From the NCBI GenBank assembly GCA_046540255.1, contig JBKHFJ010000005.1:9898-73897 (forward strand): DNA of 64,000 nt. The letters are read 5' to 3'. Each line of letters begins with the position of its first letter. The first letter of the stretch is position 1. Under the pieces are notes generated by a model, which made no database searches, was not told the origin of the DNA, and saw only the letters and a program-made list of their open reading frames with translations. The stretch is from Methanomassiliicoccales archaeon (GTDB lineage Archaea; Thermoplasmatota; Thermoplasmata; Methanomassiliicoccales; JAAEEP01). Positions 10,529 through 18,846 of the stretch are shown in pieces. Both the position numbers and the translations under genes were made by a program.

Positions 10529-11205
10529 AGGAGAAGATCGGCAGGCAGACCAGGTTCGTGGAGTGCCGGGAGACCCGTGGCCTGGGGGTCGGCGGTGGAC
10601 TGGCGCAGAGGGCCACCATATCGGAGAGCGGCAGGGACGTGGTGGCCGTCGCCATGGGCCCGGGCAAGAGACACATCACCAAGCCGGTCTGCGAGATCAC
10701 CTACGCCCTGAGGGAGGAGGGGATCGACACCAGCGTGATCGTGGTGAACGCCGGAGCCGGGGTGCCGGCCGATGCCCCCGACGTCTCCACCGGTTCGATC
10801 TTCGGTCTCGACCAGATCGAGGTGGACCGCATAGCCCAGTTCAGGCTGGCCCTCATCCATCTGGGTAACGTCAGAAAGCACATCATATACAAGGCCAGGC
10901 TGATCCTGAGGAACGTGGACATCCCCGCGGTGGTGGTGTGCCAGGCCCCGGTGGACTTCGAGGACTTCGCCAGGATCGGGGTGAAGACCAGGCTGGTCAG
11001 GCCCCGACCGGAGAACGTGGGCACCAATGGGGAGATAGTGGACATCGTCACCGGCGTGGTGCGCGGTGTCACCTGCCCCCAGAGCAAGCTGGACGAGATC
11101 GTCTCCAAGATCACCAGGAACCTGGAGGCGGCTAAGGCATCTCCAGATCGAATCCGATCAGATGGGTCCAGTACTCGGTCGTCCGATACCCCAAGCGCTC
11201 CCTGA
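10525..11205 (+). CDS. mcrC: methyl-coenzyme M reductase operon protein C
   Basis: [57 protein letters not shown] is the conserved McrC core. The TTG start overlaps the atwA stop (TTGA). The C-terminal ~25 aa run antisense into the next gene. Confidence 0.85.
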   Translation: MKEKIGRQTRFVECRETRGLGVGGGLAQRATISESGRDVVAVAMGPGKRHITKPVCEITYALREEGIDTSVIVVNAGAGVPADAPDVSTGSIFGLDQIEVDRIAQFRLALIHLGNVRKHIIYKARLILRNVDIPAVVVCQAPVDFEDFARIGVKTRLVRPRPENVGTNGEIVDIVTGVVRGVTCPQSKLDEIVSKITRNLEAAKASPDRIRSDGSSTRSSDTPSAP

Positions 11206-11704
11206 TGTAGTGATCGCTCAGGGTGGAGATGCTGCCCGAGGTGATCCTGCCTATTCCCTCGATCCCCTCGATGTAACGGAATTCCAGGGGCGGCATGATG
11301 AAGGTCGGTTCGCCTTTCACCTCCACCTCGGAGTAGATGACGAAGTCCTCGCACAGGAAATGTACGTCCTCCCTGTCCCGGAGCTCCTCCTTCCTCCTCT
11401 CGTTGATGAACTCGCCCACCATCTGGCCCTCGCCGTCCACCATGATCACCGGCTGGGCCTCACCCCCCAGGATCTCCTTGTCCGACCGGAGGACCACCAC
11501 CAGGGAAACGTCCCGGTCCAGGGCCTCCCACACCCCCTCGTTCCGGAAGGGCATCATGCCGCCTGCCGCACCGTTCTCCTCTGCCCTCTCCTCCAGGGCG
11601 ATCAGGTCCTCCCTCATATCCCCTTCCAGGAAGACCACTTCCACCACTCCTGGTACTGATAGTATCCTTCTCCGGACGTCCTCCTCGACCCTCTCTCTCT
11701 CCAT
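11132..11704 (-). CDS. uncharacterised protein, paralog B of the 6062..6607 gene
   Basis: I prefer the internal ATG at 11704 (190 aa). The TATA-like tattaaaag (11731-11739) is ~26 nt upstream of it, and the length then matches paralog A. The track ORF extends to 11800. Confidence 0.6.
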   Translation of the reverse strand: MERERVEEDVRRRILSVPGVVEVVFLEGDMREDLIALEERAEENGAAGGMMPFRNEGVWEALDRDVSLVVVLRSDKEILGGEAQPVIMVDGEGQMVGEFINERRKEELRDREDVHFLCEDFVIYSEVEVKGEPTFIMPPLEFRYIEGIEGIGRITSGSISTLSDHYIRERLGYRTTEYWTHLIGFDLEMP

Positions 11705-11835
11705 GTCTACCCTCCAACGAGCCCAGCTGCTATTAAAAGTATCAACGTGTGACGCAGAATGGGCAGGGTCCTTCGGAGGACCCAAGGGCCACAAAAACAT
11801 ATTTAACCCGCCTTTCCATGCCTTTGGCTGACCAT

Positions 11836-13359
11836 ATGATCGTCACGGTAAACGGCAAGGAGGTGGATCTGCCCGAGGGCTCCACGCTTGGAGAGGCGAT
11901 CGAAGGGGAGCCGTACATCGGGGGATGTAAGGTCGCCGTGGTGTGCTCGGCGGACACCATCAAGAAGGAGACCAGGGAGTTCGAGCTGGTCCTGGAGAAC
12001 GGGTCCATGGTCCTCAGCCTGAACGACTCGGAGTACGGGGAGAGGATGCTGTCCATGGTGGACCGGCTGGAGGGGCTGTCGATCCGCTGGCAGACCTCCC
12101 TGATACTCGCCATAGGTTCGTTCCCCACCGACCTGGAGGTGGATAGGGAGTACCACCAGTACGGCAGGTACGACTGCTTCTTCGCCCTGGGCGGCTTCGA
12201 CAACTCCACCACCTACCTCATGGTGGCGAAGTCCCCCCATCAGGGGAAGTACGGGGTGAGGGGCGGGATAGTCGGCAGGATCACCAGGGGAAGGTACCTG
12301 ATGGACGAGCTCCGGGAAGGGGAGAGGATCCAAGAGGTCCGTCCGGTGGTGCTGCACACCAGCGAGAAGGACGCCTTCGTCACCGATGACATGGACATGG
12401 AGGTGGAGGAGGGCATGGCCATAGAGACCCATGCGCTGGTGTCCCTCCGCCACGACTCCCCGGTCAGCTCCGAGCACTTCCTGGTGCAGTCGGGGGATGG
12501 TACATTGCCCATCACCCGGGAGACCACCACCTTCTCCTCCTCGGAGCGCAACATGGACGTGAACCTGGTGGACGAGAGGAGCGAGGTCAGGGAGGAGGGT
12601 GCCGTGACCGTCAGGCACGATGGACCGTCGGCCGGGGCCATCTACATCTACAAGGAAAGGCGCCAGCGCTCCTCCTCCCACAACATCGCCGGTGAGGTGG
12701 TGCAGGGGAGGGAGCTGGTGCGGAGGGCCCCCAAGGGCTCGTGGGTCACCGTCTCCACCGATCCCATCAGGGTGATGACCATCGGCATGACCCAGGGGGA
12801 GAGCGAGAGCTTCCTCGGCTCCCTGGGTTTGGAGCAGGTGAGGGACGGGGAGAAGGACGACGATGCCGTGGTGGTGGAGCAGGAACCCGAACTGACCATG
12901 GAGGCTTTGAACGCCGACAGCGTGAGGACCTACGGGGTGCCCCATCACCGGGTACACGAGTGGCGCTTCAACGAGGGGGAGTCCCCCCGCACCGCCCACT
13001 ACCTGAGGAAGATCACCGGACTGGACCACAAGCCCATTGGCTCCCTGGGGGTCTACTTCACCTTCTCCGGGATGCCCATGGTGACCTTCAACGGGAACAC
13101 CAAGGAGGCCCTGGACCTTCGGCCGGAGAAGAGCTTCGGGGAGGAGTCCAAGCGGGGGCAGATAGCCGTCACCAACCAGTCCAGGCCCCAGAAGGGACTG
13201 ATCGGGGTGAGGCTGGAGGCCAGCGACGAATTCGGCCCCACCGGGGAGGAGCGGCAGGGGACCAACATCGCCGGGAAGGTGGTCAGCCCCCTGAAGAACA
13301 TGATGGAAGGTTTGAAGGACGGGGACACCGTCTACATCCGGGAGGTAAAGGATGAGTGA
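11836..13359 (+). CDS. mmp3: methanogenesis marker protein 3 (UPF0288 type)
   Basis: ~507 aa starting MIVTVNGKEVDLPEGSTLGEAIEG, with size and position typical of Mmp3. The TATA-like catatttaa (11798-11806) favours ATG 11836 over 11818 or 11749. Confidence 0.75.
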   Translation: MIVTVNGKEVDLPEGSTLGEAIEGEPYIGGCKVAVVCSADTIKKETREFELVLENGSMVLSLNDSEYGERMLSMVDRLEGLSIRWQTSLILAIGSFPTDLEVDREYHQYGRYDCFFALGGFDNSTTYLMVAKSPHQGKYGVRGGIVGRITRGRYLMDELREGERIQEVRPVVLHTSEKDAFVTDDMDMEVEEGMAIETHALVSLRHDSPVSSEHFLVQSGDGTLPITRETTTFSSSERNMDVNLVDERSEVREEGAVTVRHDGPSAGAIYIYKERRQRSSSHNIAGEVVQGRELVRRAPKGSWVTVSTDPIRVMTIGMTQGESESFLGSLGLEQVRDGEKDDDAVVVEQEPELTMEALNADSVRTYGVPHHRVHEWRFNEGESPRTAHYLRKITGLDHKPIGSLGVYFTFSGMPMVTFNGNTKEALDLRPEKSFGEESKRGQIAVTNQSRPQKGLIGVRLEASDEFGPTGEERQGTNIAGKVVSPLKNMMEGLKDGDTVYIREVKDE

Positions 13360-13783
13360 GGAGACCGAGACCCGCATCATCGTCATCTCCCCCTCCTCGG
13401 AGGTCACCCCGGATCATTTGACCAGGCGCATACACGCCCTGGAGCTGCCCATCACCATCAAGGAGACCTGCTACGGGACCATGATCGAGGGGGAGAGGTC
13501 GAAGGTGAGGGAGGCCTTGAAGGAGGCCAGGAAGCTGGATCCCCACCGCATCTACTCCAAGATACGGGGCTTCCCCATCGGCGACACCAGGAGGTGCCGG
13601 GCCCACCACGGTTCCAGGCCCGGCTTCTCACAGCTGGAGAAGGAATGGGAGGACCTGACCATGATCGACAAGGGGCTCTCGGCCGTGGACGAGCCCAGGG
13701 AGGGGAAGACCCGGTCCCGGGAGAAGAGGGAGAGGCTACCGGTGGACAAGCTGAGGAAGATAGTGGAAGAGGTGACGGAATGA
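13352..13783 (+). CDS. mmp6: methanogenesis marker protein 6
   Basis: 143-aa ORF overlapping the mmp3 stop by 8 nt. Assignment rests on size and position in the conserved mmp3-6-5-15-17-7 order. Confidence 0.65.
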   Translation: MSEETETRIIVISPSSEVTPDHLTRRIHALELPITIKETCYGTMIEGERSKVREALKEARKLDPHRIYSKIRGFPIGDTRRCRAHHGSRPGFSQLEKEWEDLTMIDKGLSAVDEPREGKTRSREKRERLPVDKLRKIVEEVTE

Positions 13784-14214
13784 AGATCTTCATCGATCCC
13801 CCCAACAGCCTGATACTTTACGATCTGGTGGAGAGGTTCGGGCACGAGCCCCTCTCCACCATGGAGACGCTGAAGGAGAGGGTGAGGGACAAGGACATCG
13901 ACTCCCCTCCCCTGAACATCACCCTGGAGGACGTGAAGAAGGGGATGAAGTACGCCGGCATCGAGGTGCCCTCGGGCATCCGGGGAAGGCTGGGTGTGTT
14001 CGGCCCCCTGATCGACCAGGCCGACGCCGCCATAACCATGAGCGAGACTCCATACAGCTTCGGCTGCGTGGGATGTCATCGCACCAACCTGATGATGAGG
14101 TACCTGATCAAGAAAAGAGATATCCCACTGCTGGAGATCGAATATCCGAGTGATGAGGAAGAGGCCAAGGATATGGTGAGGAAGGTGAAGGAGTTCCTGG
14201 AGGGCCTGGAGTGA
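13780..14214 (+). CDS. mmp5: methanogenesis marker protein 5
   Basis: 144 aa starting [26 protein letters not shown]. The ATG overlaps the mmp6 stop (ATGA). The track ORF 13594.. has a spurious N-terminal extension. Confidence 0.7.
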   Translation: MKIFIDPPNSLILYDLVERFGHEPLSTMETLKERVRDKDIDSPPLNITLEDVKKGMKYAGIEVPSGIRGRLGVFGPLIDQADAAITMSETPYSFGCVGCHRTNLMMRYLIKKRDIPLLEIEYPSDEEEAKDMVRKVKEFLEGLE

Positions 14215-15440
14215 TCAAGATCGCGCAGCTCTCGTGCGGGGCCGAGTACAGCGGCATCCAGTCCGAGATAGAGAAGGTGGCGAACAACGTGGGAGCGAAG
14301 ATGGTGCAGCCGGACGTCGACTTCGAGGAGATCGATCGATCGGTGGAGCAGTTCGGGTTCGACCCGGCCAGTCCCGCCCTGAGGATGATGATCGCCCGGG
14401 CCACCCATCTGGCCGAGGGCAAGTACGACGCAGATGCCGTCTTCATCGCCACCTGCTTCCGCTGCGCCGAGGGCGCACTGATAAGGAACGAGATCAGGAG
14501 GTTCATCCAGGAGCACACCAGGCTGCCGGTGGTGACCTACTCGTTCACCGAGAGGACCAAGGCCGGCCAGCTCCTCACCAGGATGGAGGCCCTGGTCACC
14601 ATCGTTGAGCGCAAGGAGCTCCTGGCCAGGGAGAGGCAGATCGGCCTCACCGCCGGGATAGACTCCGGATCGACCACCACCAAGGTGTGCATCCTGCAGG
14701 ACAACGAGCTCATAGGCAAGCACTGGCTGCCCACCGGGGACGTGGTGGGATCGGCCGAGACAGGTTACCAGAAGGCCCTGGAGGACGCCGGTGTGAAGGC
14801 GGAGGACATCGAGGGCCTCGGGGTGACCGGATACGGTCGCTTCATCATCGGGAAGAGGATGGAGGCCAAGCTGATCCAGGAGGAGCTTACCGTGAACTCC
14901 AAGGGCGCGGTGTGGCTGGCCGAACGGCAGAAGGGGGAGGCCACCATCATCGACATCGGGGGCATGGACAACAAGGCCATCACCGTGAGGGACGGGATAC
15001 CGGACAACTTCACCATGGGCGGCATATGCGCCGGGGCCTCCGGCCGATTCCTGGAGATCGTTGCCAAGCGCCTGAAGGTGGAGATCGACGAGCTGGGCGA
15101 GCTGGCCGACAGGGGCAACTGGCAAAAGGTCAACATGAACTCCTACTGCTCCATCTTCGGCATCCAGGACCTGGTCACCTCCCTGGCGGAGGGTCAGTCG
15201 ATGGAGGACGTGGCGGCGGCGGCCTGTCACAGCGTGGCCGAGCAGGTCTACGAGCAGCAGCTGCAGGAGATCGACATCCGGCAGCCGGTCATCCAGGTCG
15301 GCGGTACCTCCCTGATCAGCGGCATGGTGAGCGCGGTGCAGGACATGGTGGGCACGAAGCCCATAGTCCCGCCCCACTCCCAGTTCATCGGCTCGGTGGG
15401 CGCCGCCCTGCTGGCCTCAGGTTTCATAGAGGGAAGGTAA
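14211..15440 (+). CDS. mmp15: methanogenesis marker protein 15 (BadF/BcrA/HgdC-type ATPase fold)
   Basis: 409 aa with actin-fold ATPase motifs ([10 protein letters not shown]…DIGGMDNK…GGTS). The GTG start overlaps the mmp5 stop (GTGA). Confidence 0.8.
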   Translation: MIKIAQLSCGAEYSGIQSEIEKVANNVGAKMVQPDVDFEEIDRSVEQFGFDPASPALRMMIARATHLAEGKYDADAVFIATCFRCAEGALIRNEIRRFIQEHTRLPVVTYSFTERTKAGQLLTRMEALVTIVERKELLARERQIGLTAGIDSGSTTTKVCILQDNELIGKHWLPTGDVVGSAETGYQKALEDAGVKAEDIEGLGVTGYGRFIIGKRMEAKLIQEELTVNSKGAVWLAERQKGEATIIDIGGMDNKAITVRDGIPDNFTMGGICAGASGRFLEIVAKRLKVEIDELGELADRGNWQKVNMNSYCSIFGIQDLVTSLAEGQSMEDVAAAACHSVAEQVYEQQLQEIDIRQPVIQVGGTSLISGMVSAVQDMVGTKPIVPPHSQFIGSVGAALLASGFIEGR

Positions 15441-15997
15441 TGGAGGTAGTGGCGGAAGGTCAGGAGGAATGGGGCAACGAGCACTACGAGGAGCTGTTCC
15501 GCCGGATACTGGTGGACCTGGGCATCACCAGGTTGGTCCAGGAGGCCAGGATGATCATCCGCCCGGAGGACCCCCTGTTCCTGGTGTCCATCCGCACCAA
15601 GGGGGCCTCCGGGAAGAGGAAGATCACCGACATCGCCAGTTTGAGGGAGACGTCCAAGGGGACGGTGGTGGAGATCTCCGATGAGAACTACGCCCCCAGG
15701 CTGATCTCCCTCCTGTGGCAGCTGTACGGGAGGGAGAGGGTGGACCAGCAGTCGAGACTCGAACTGGTCATCAGGGGCGAGAGCGAGGAGGAGATTCAGA
15801 AGCTGACCATGGATCCGGAGGAGGAGCTGAAGGAGAAGGTACTTGACGCCGTCTGGAGGCTCCTCCCGGAGGGCTTCAAGGTGCGGCACAACATCTACTC
15901 GGAGGGACTGCTGACCATCGCCGCCACCGAGCACGAGATGCGGGAGGAGTGGAAGGAGGAGGCCGAGAGGGTCCACCGCGAGATGGAGGGCGATTGA
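15440..15997 (+). CDS. mmp17: methanogenesis marker protein 17 (assigned by position and size)
   Basis: 185 aa. The ATG overlaps the mmp15 stop (TAATG). It lies between mmp15 and mmp7, as in the conserved marker cluster. No sequence motif was recognised independently. Confidence 0.55.
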   Translation: MEVVAEGQEEWGNEHYEELFRRILVDLGITRLVQEARMIIRPEDPLFLVSIRTKGASGKRKITDIASLRETSKGTVVEISDENYAPRLISLLWQLYGRERVDQQSRLELVIRGESEEEIQKLTMDPEEELKEKVLDAVWRLLPEGFKVRHNIYSEGLLTIAATEHEMREEWKEEAERVHREMEGD

Positions 15998-16917
15998 TGT
16001 ACGAGGTACTGATGTTCGACGGGGGCGTCTACAGGGTGGAGGAGCTGGAGGAGCTCATCGAGGACGTCGGCGGGTTCATCGTCCAGAAGTCCAGGGCCCA
16101 GCAGGACGTCACCATCACCATGGCCGTTCCGGAGGAGGACCGGGAGGTGGTGGAGGGCAAGGGCAGGGACCTGGGCGGCAAGATCGTGAACGTGCCGCTG
16201 GCCGGGACCGAGATCGCGGTGGTCGCCCCCACCCTGGGCAGGCACCACATGCCCCACCCGGTCTGCGACATCGCCGAGCACCTGAGACGGTACGGGGCCA
16301 TCACCGTGGTCATGGGACTGGCCAGGGGTAAGGGCAGGCAGACGGCCCAGATCACCGCCGAGGAGAAGTCGATCATCGAGGAGTACGACGCCGCCGTCTT
16401 CGTCCTGGGGAACTTCCGGGACTGCATCCTGGAGGAGAAGGTGCGCCTGTTCCAGGACATACAGGTCCCGGTGGCGGTGGTCGTCGGCCCCGAGATCGAG
16501 GACCTGCCGGACTGCGAGGCCCTGGTCTGCGGGGTGGGCAGGAAGGTGGAGCGCATGAGGCGCGCGGAGGAGATCTCCAAGCTGGAGGAGACCGCCCAGG
16601 CGGTGGAGAGCATCATCCGGGGCAGGAAGAAGGAGCTGGACGAGGACCCCTTATTCGTTCACCCGGCCGAGGTGAAGGAGGCCATAGAGGAATTGGAGCC
16701 GGTGGCGGAGAGCCTTCGGCCGGCACCCATCGTGCTGCACCTGGACGGGCTCAGGGTGAAGGTCCCCTACGGGGATTGGAAGGACGAGCTACGCTCGGTG
16801 GAGATCTACGGGAGAAAGTTGGGGGACATCGCGGAGATGAGGGAATCCAGCCTCACAGGCTCCACCCTCATCTACATCAAGACCAAGGCCGAGGTGCGGG
16901 ACAAGGCGGACGGGTAA
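15997..16917 (+). CDS. mmp7: methanogenesis marker protein 7
   Basis: 306 aa starting MYEVLMFDGGVYRVEELEELIEDVGGFIVQ. The ATG overlaps the mmp17 stop (TGATG). It is the last gene of the operon. Confidence 0.75.
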   Translation: MYEVLMFDGGVYRVEELEELIEDVGGFIVQKSRAQQDVTITMAVPEEDREVVEGKGRDLGGKIVNVPLAGTEIAVVAPTLGRHHMPHPVCDIAEHLRRYGAITVVMGLARGKGRQTAQITAEEKSIIEEYDAAVFVLGNFRDCILEEKVRLFQDIQVPVAVVVGPEIEDLPDCEALVCGVGRKVERMRRAEEISKLEETAQAVESIIRGRKKELDEDPLFVHPAEVKEAIEELEPVAESLRPAPIVLHLDGLRVKVPYGDWKDELRSVEIYGRKLGDIAEMRESSLTGSTLIYIKTKAEVRDKADG

Positions 16918-16957
16918 ACAGTTAAGTCGGCCAGCGCCCATCTTCACATCGATACAC

Positions 16958-17146
16958 ATGTTGGTCTTGGGCATATCCGGTAGCCCCAGGAAGAACGGGA
17001 ACACCGATTTTCTGGTGAACAAGGCACTGGAGGGGGCCGAGAGGGAGGATTCCGCGATCAAGGGGGTCATCTCCCCGAGGGAGAGGGTGTATCGCATGGC
17101 CGAGGGGCTGTTCTCCCAGGGTAGGCACGACCTGGAGTGCCCGTAG
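16958..17146 (+). pseudogene. N-terminal fragment of an NADPH-dependent FMN reductase / iron-sulfur flavoprotein
   Basis: MLVLGISGSPRKNGNTDFLVNKALEGAE is the canonical flavodoxin-fold start of Isf/FMN-reductase proteins (~190 aa). The ORF is only 62 aa and loses similarity after ~30 aa. Confidence 0.45.
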
Positions 17147-17563
17147 ATGGACAAAGGATCGTACGTGCTCACCTTCTCGCTGGAGTACCCCACCGCAGTG
17201 ATCGTGGGAAAACTGGGTGAGCACACCTTTCCCCCTGGCAGGTACGCCTACGTGGGCTCGGCGCTGAACGGGCTCGAGGCCAGGGTGGCCAGGCACTTCT
17301 CCCCGGACAAGAGGCGCCGCTGGCACATCGATCACCTCCTGGCGCACGCGGTCGACCTGAGGGCCCTGCTGCTCCGCTCCGGGGACCGGATGGAGTGCTT
17401 CCTCAGCCGTATGGTGGGCCACCTTCCTGGAAGCGGGAAGGAGATGGACGGCTTCGGATCCTCCGACTGCGGGTGTGAAACCCACCTCTACCACATCTCG
17501 TTCCGGGACCAGGAGTACCTGGAGGCCGTCTTCGGCCCCTCCAACCTCGTCACGGGGGACTGA
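17147..17563 (+). CDS. GIY-YIG (Uri) superfamily nuclease-like protein, DUF123 type
   Basis: GSYVLTF…VGKLGEHTFPPGRYAYVGSALNGLEARVARH…RRWHIDHL…EC…GFGSSDCGCETHL matches the DUF123/COG1833 pattern. The ATG directly abuts the TAG of the upstream fragment. Confidence 0.7.
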   Translation: MDKGSYVLTFSLEYPTAVIVGKLGEHTFPPGRYAYVGSALNGLEARVARHFSPDKRRRWHIDHLLAHAVDLRALLLRSGDRMECFLSRMVGHLPGSGKEMDGFGSSDCGCETHLYHISFRDQEYLEAVFGPSNLVTGD

Positions 17564-17605
17564 CCGGGGGAAAAGGGTTTTATCCGCCGTCTGATACCGG
17601 CTATC

Positions 17606-18319
17606 ATGATCCTTGGAATAGCCGGTCATTCCGACACGGGCAAGACCACCATGGTGGAGGGCCTGATCAGGGAACTGGTCCGGAGGGGCATCAGCGTCTC
17701 TTCCATCAAGCATGTGTACGGGGAGGACGTCCTCATCCCCCCATCGAAGGACACCACCAGGCACCTGCTGTCCGGCTCGGCCTACGTGCTCGGTGCGTCG
17801 TCCAACGAGTCGGTACTCTACCACAGGGGCCAGGGCACCATCCGGGAGCACCTGGACCTCGTTCAGGGGATATCGGGTTCGGAGGTGGTGATCGTGGAGG
17901 GTTACAAGGGCTCCGACCTCCCCAAGGTGGTGCTGGGCGACGCCCCGGCCGAGGATCCAGTGCTCATGAGGGGCGGGGATCCCGAGGAGATGCTAGACGG
18001 CGTGGTGGAGATGGTGGAGAGGGAGGTTCTGGTGGAGAGGGCCCTCGATCTCCTGCCGGGGCTGGACTGCGGCAAGTGCGGTCTCCCCACCTGCCGGGAG
18101 ATGGCCGAGGCGGTGGTCGAGGGAGAGGCCGTCATCGAGGACTGCAGGAACCTGCCGGCCGGGAAGGCCAGGATAACCGTGGATGGAAGGTCTTTGCCGG
18201 TCGGAAGCTTCGTATCCGATGTGGTTGCCAACACCATCCAGGGAATGGTGAGGTCCCTGAAGGGGGGAGAGGACGCAAGCAGGATAGAGATCTCGGTGGA
18301 CCTCGACCCCGAGGAATGA
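17606..18319 (+). CDS. mobB: MobB-like P-loop protein fused to a putative Fe-S (CGKCGxPTC) domain
   Basis: The N-terminus ILGIAGHSDTGKTTMVEGLI is MobB-type. The central LDCGKCGLPTCREMAEAV resembles the RnfB-type Fe-S cluster motif. Confidence 0.65.
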   Translation: MILGIAGHSDTGKTTMVEGLIRELVRRGISVSSIKHVYGEDVLIPPSKDTTRHLLSGSAYVLGASSNESVLYHRGQGTIREHLDLVQGISGSEVVIVEGYKGSDLPKVVLGDAPAEDPVLMRGGDPEEMLDGVVEMVEREVLVERALDLLPGLDCGKCGLPTCREMAEAVVEGEAVIEDCRNLPAGKARITVDGRSLPVGSFVSDVVANTIQGMVRSLKGGEDASRIEISVDLDPEE

Positions 18320-18466
18320 ATTCTACGTGTATCCCGGTATTACTACATGGATCGGGGCCGTTACCGTGGTAAGTGCCGGTATTACACGTGTCAGGGCAGG
18401 ATTCAAGAGAATCTGGGATTCCATATACCCAACCTTCTTATATCCCTCCGGACCTGATAGTTAAAT

Positions 18467-18737
18467 GCAAGAGGCGGAAAGCGGCCGGCAAGTAGGAAGG
18501 GGGAACATCGGTGATACCGGTGTGACCGGTTCCGAACCTCACCAGGGGAGTGGTATCCCCGATCCGACCGATCCGTTCGTCGCCTAGGCGGTGGACGACG
18601 GAAGGGAGATGGACACGCACCCGAGCAGCCTTCGGGTGAAAGGGCCGTGTCCAGATGGTGTAAGGCAATCCGGCAGGGCCATTTTGTGGAATGGTCCTGT
18701 AACGGCTACCGATGGCCGGCCGCCCGCAAGCTCTTGC
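18467..18737 (+). ncRNA. structured non-coding RNA of uncertain family (SRP/7S RNA is one hypothesis)
   Basis: ORF-poor gap. TATA-like ttatat (18438-18443) is ~24 nt upstream. The 5' and 3' ends form a 7+4+9 bp helix (18467-18489 with 18715-18737). A tctttt run follows immediately. Nested perfect hairpins: 18611-18617/18646-18652 and 18618-18624/18632-18638. A hairpin-UGUAAC element lies at 18677-18703. Confidence 0.5.
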
Positions 18738-18846
18738 TCTTTTCCCCAGATTCAATCGCTCCCAGTGGCCAAGGCGTGCGGGAGAATTAAAATAATATAA
18801 TGGTTATCGCCACACGTCCGAGAGTCAATTCGCGGGAGGATCTTGG

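Noticed and set aside
17144-17146. TAG between the Isf fragment and DUF123 read as pyrrolysine, which would fuse the two ORFs (Methanomassiliicoccales encode Pyl).
   Set aside because: The fusion product (a degenerate flavodoxin stub plus a GIY-YIG domain) makes no domain sense. The DUF123 ATG follows immediately. Nothing suggests a PYLIS-like context.
18597-18720. Initial call of the 18467-18737 RNA as RNase P, based on GGGUGAAAGGG, AGAUGG and CUGUAACGGCUAC resembling CR-II/IV/V. A later confident SRP call, based on CGGAAGGGAG, was also considered.
   Set aside because: A far better RNase P RNA exists at 34918-35212. The helix-8-like 10-mer lacks the CCC/GGG closing stem and the AGCA loop. 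The Alu-like element is at the wrong end. The identity is therefore left open.
18438-18755. 105-aa minus-strand ORF.
   Set aside because: It is Arg-rich and coincides exactly with a promoter/terminator-bounded, highly base-paired plus-strand RNA candidate.
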